From assembly GCF_009914755.1 (NCBI RefSeq), contig NC_060938.1: DNA of 64,000 nucleotides; one strand, written 5' to 3'. Both the position numbers and the translations under genes were made by a program. This document shows, one piece after another, positions 62,660 to 64,000 of the stretch. A model generated the notes under the pieces. The model was not told the origin of the DNA, searched no databases, and was given only the letters and a program-made list of their open reading frames with translations. Source of the stretch: the human T2T-CHM13v2.0 reference genome, Homo sapiens. Positions within the stretch are counted from its first letter, which is position 1; the number at the start of each line of letters is the position of its first letter.

Positions 62660-64000
62660 AACAAAGCCTACTTGATCGTGGTGAATTAACTTATTGATGT
62701 GCCGCTGAATTTGGTTTGCTAGTATTGTGTTGAGGATTTTTGCATCTATGTTCATCAGGATATTGGCCTGATGTTTTCTTTCTTTGTTTTGTCTCTGCCA
62801 GATTTTGGTATTAAGCTGATGCTAGCTTCATAGAATGAGTTAGGGAGGAGCCCTTCCTTTTTTATTTTTTTGGGAATAGTTTCAGTAGGATTGGTACCAT
62901 TTCTTCTTTATATGTCTGGTAGAATTCAACTGTGAATCCCTCTGGTCCTGGGCTTTTTTTGGTTAGTAGAGTTTTTTTTTTTTAAATTACTGATTCAATT
63001 TCAGAGCTTGATATTGACTTATTAAGGATTACAATCTCTTCCTAATTCAATCTTAGAAGATTGTGTTGTTCCAGGAATTTATCAGTTTCTTCCAGATTTT
63101 CTAATTTGTGTGCATAGAGTTGTTCATAGTATTCTCTGAGGATCTTTCGTATTTCTGTGGGATCAGTTGTAATGTCATTTTTGTCCTTTTTGACTGTACT
63201 CATTTGGATCTTTTTTTTTTATTTTTTAATCTAACTAGCAGTCTAACAATCTTATTTTTTCAAAAGACTAACTCTTGATTTCATTGACCTTTTGTATAGA
63301 TTTTTGCACCTCAATTTCATTAAGTTGTTCTCTAATTTTTGTTATTTCTTTTCTTCTGCTAGCTCTGGAGTTGGTTTGTCCTTTGGTTTCTAATTCCTTG
63401 AGGTGCAAAGTGCAGGAAGATGAAGCTAGACCCTTGCTTTTCAGCATATAAGAAAATTAACAGGATAGATTAAAGATTTAAATATAAGACCACAAACTAT
63501 GAAAATCCTAGACCAAAATCTAGGACATATTTTTCTTGACATTGGCCTTGGGAAAAAAATTAGCTAAGTCCCCCAAAGAAATTGCAACAAAACCAAAAAT
63601 TGACAAGTGGGACCTAGGTAAATGAAAGTGCTTCTGTACAGAAAAAGAAACTATCAAGAGGGGAAACAGACAACTTACCGAATGGGAGAAAATATTTGCA
63701 AACTATGCATCTGACAAAGGTCTAATATCCCAAATGTAAATAGAACTTAAATAATACAACAGACAAAAAACAAATAGCCTTATTAATAACTGGAAAAGGA
63801 CATGAATAGATCCTTCTGAATAAAAAGACATACAAGCAGCCAACAAACATATGAAAAAATGCTTATCATCACTAATCATCAGAGAAATTCATACCAAAAC
63901 CACAATGAGATACCATCTCATGCCAATCATAGTGGCTACTCTGAAAAAGTCCAAAAACAACAGATGCTGGTGAGCCTGTAGAAAAAAGGGAGTGCTTGTA
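62660..64000 (+). mobile_element. Older L1P element with inversion: minus 62660-~63407, plus ~63410 to window end
   Basis: Antisense ORF2 followed by an abrupt switch to sense ORF2 (gatgaagctagaccc...). Confidence 0.8.

Overview
Human (primate) genomic DNA, AT-rich and L1-dense, with a gene order matching the pericentromeric segmental-duplication olfactory-receptor cluster of 14q11.2 (paralogous blocks exist elsewhere, so the exact copy is inferred). From left to right it holds: a processed ARHGAP42 pseudogene; an isolated, unprocessed FAR2-like exon with candidate downstream terminal exons on the minus strand; OR11H2 (open ORF, but DRY is DQY and the splice acceptor appears destroyed); OR11K2P (one premature TAG); and intact OR4Q3 with a candidate promoter and 5'UTR exons. 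Most of the rest is L1, Alu, L2, MIR, MER and LTR sequence. The most interesting observations are: (1) a possible chimeric minus-strand transcript (OR11H2-region exon, FAR2 exon, novel terminal exon) with a phase-compatible ~107-aa ORF; (2) an intron-split ATG for OR4Q3; (3) a four-segment, triply inverted L1PA element; (4) a young ACG-type L1 carrying both a twin-priming inversion and a 3' transduction; (5) a poison exon fossilised in the ARHGAP42 retrocopy; (6) a 19-bp perfect hairpin just upstream of the OR4Q3 promoter. Protein and repeat identifications come from recalled consensus sequences, not database searches.
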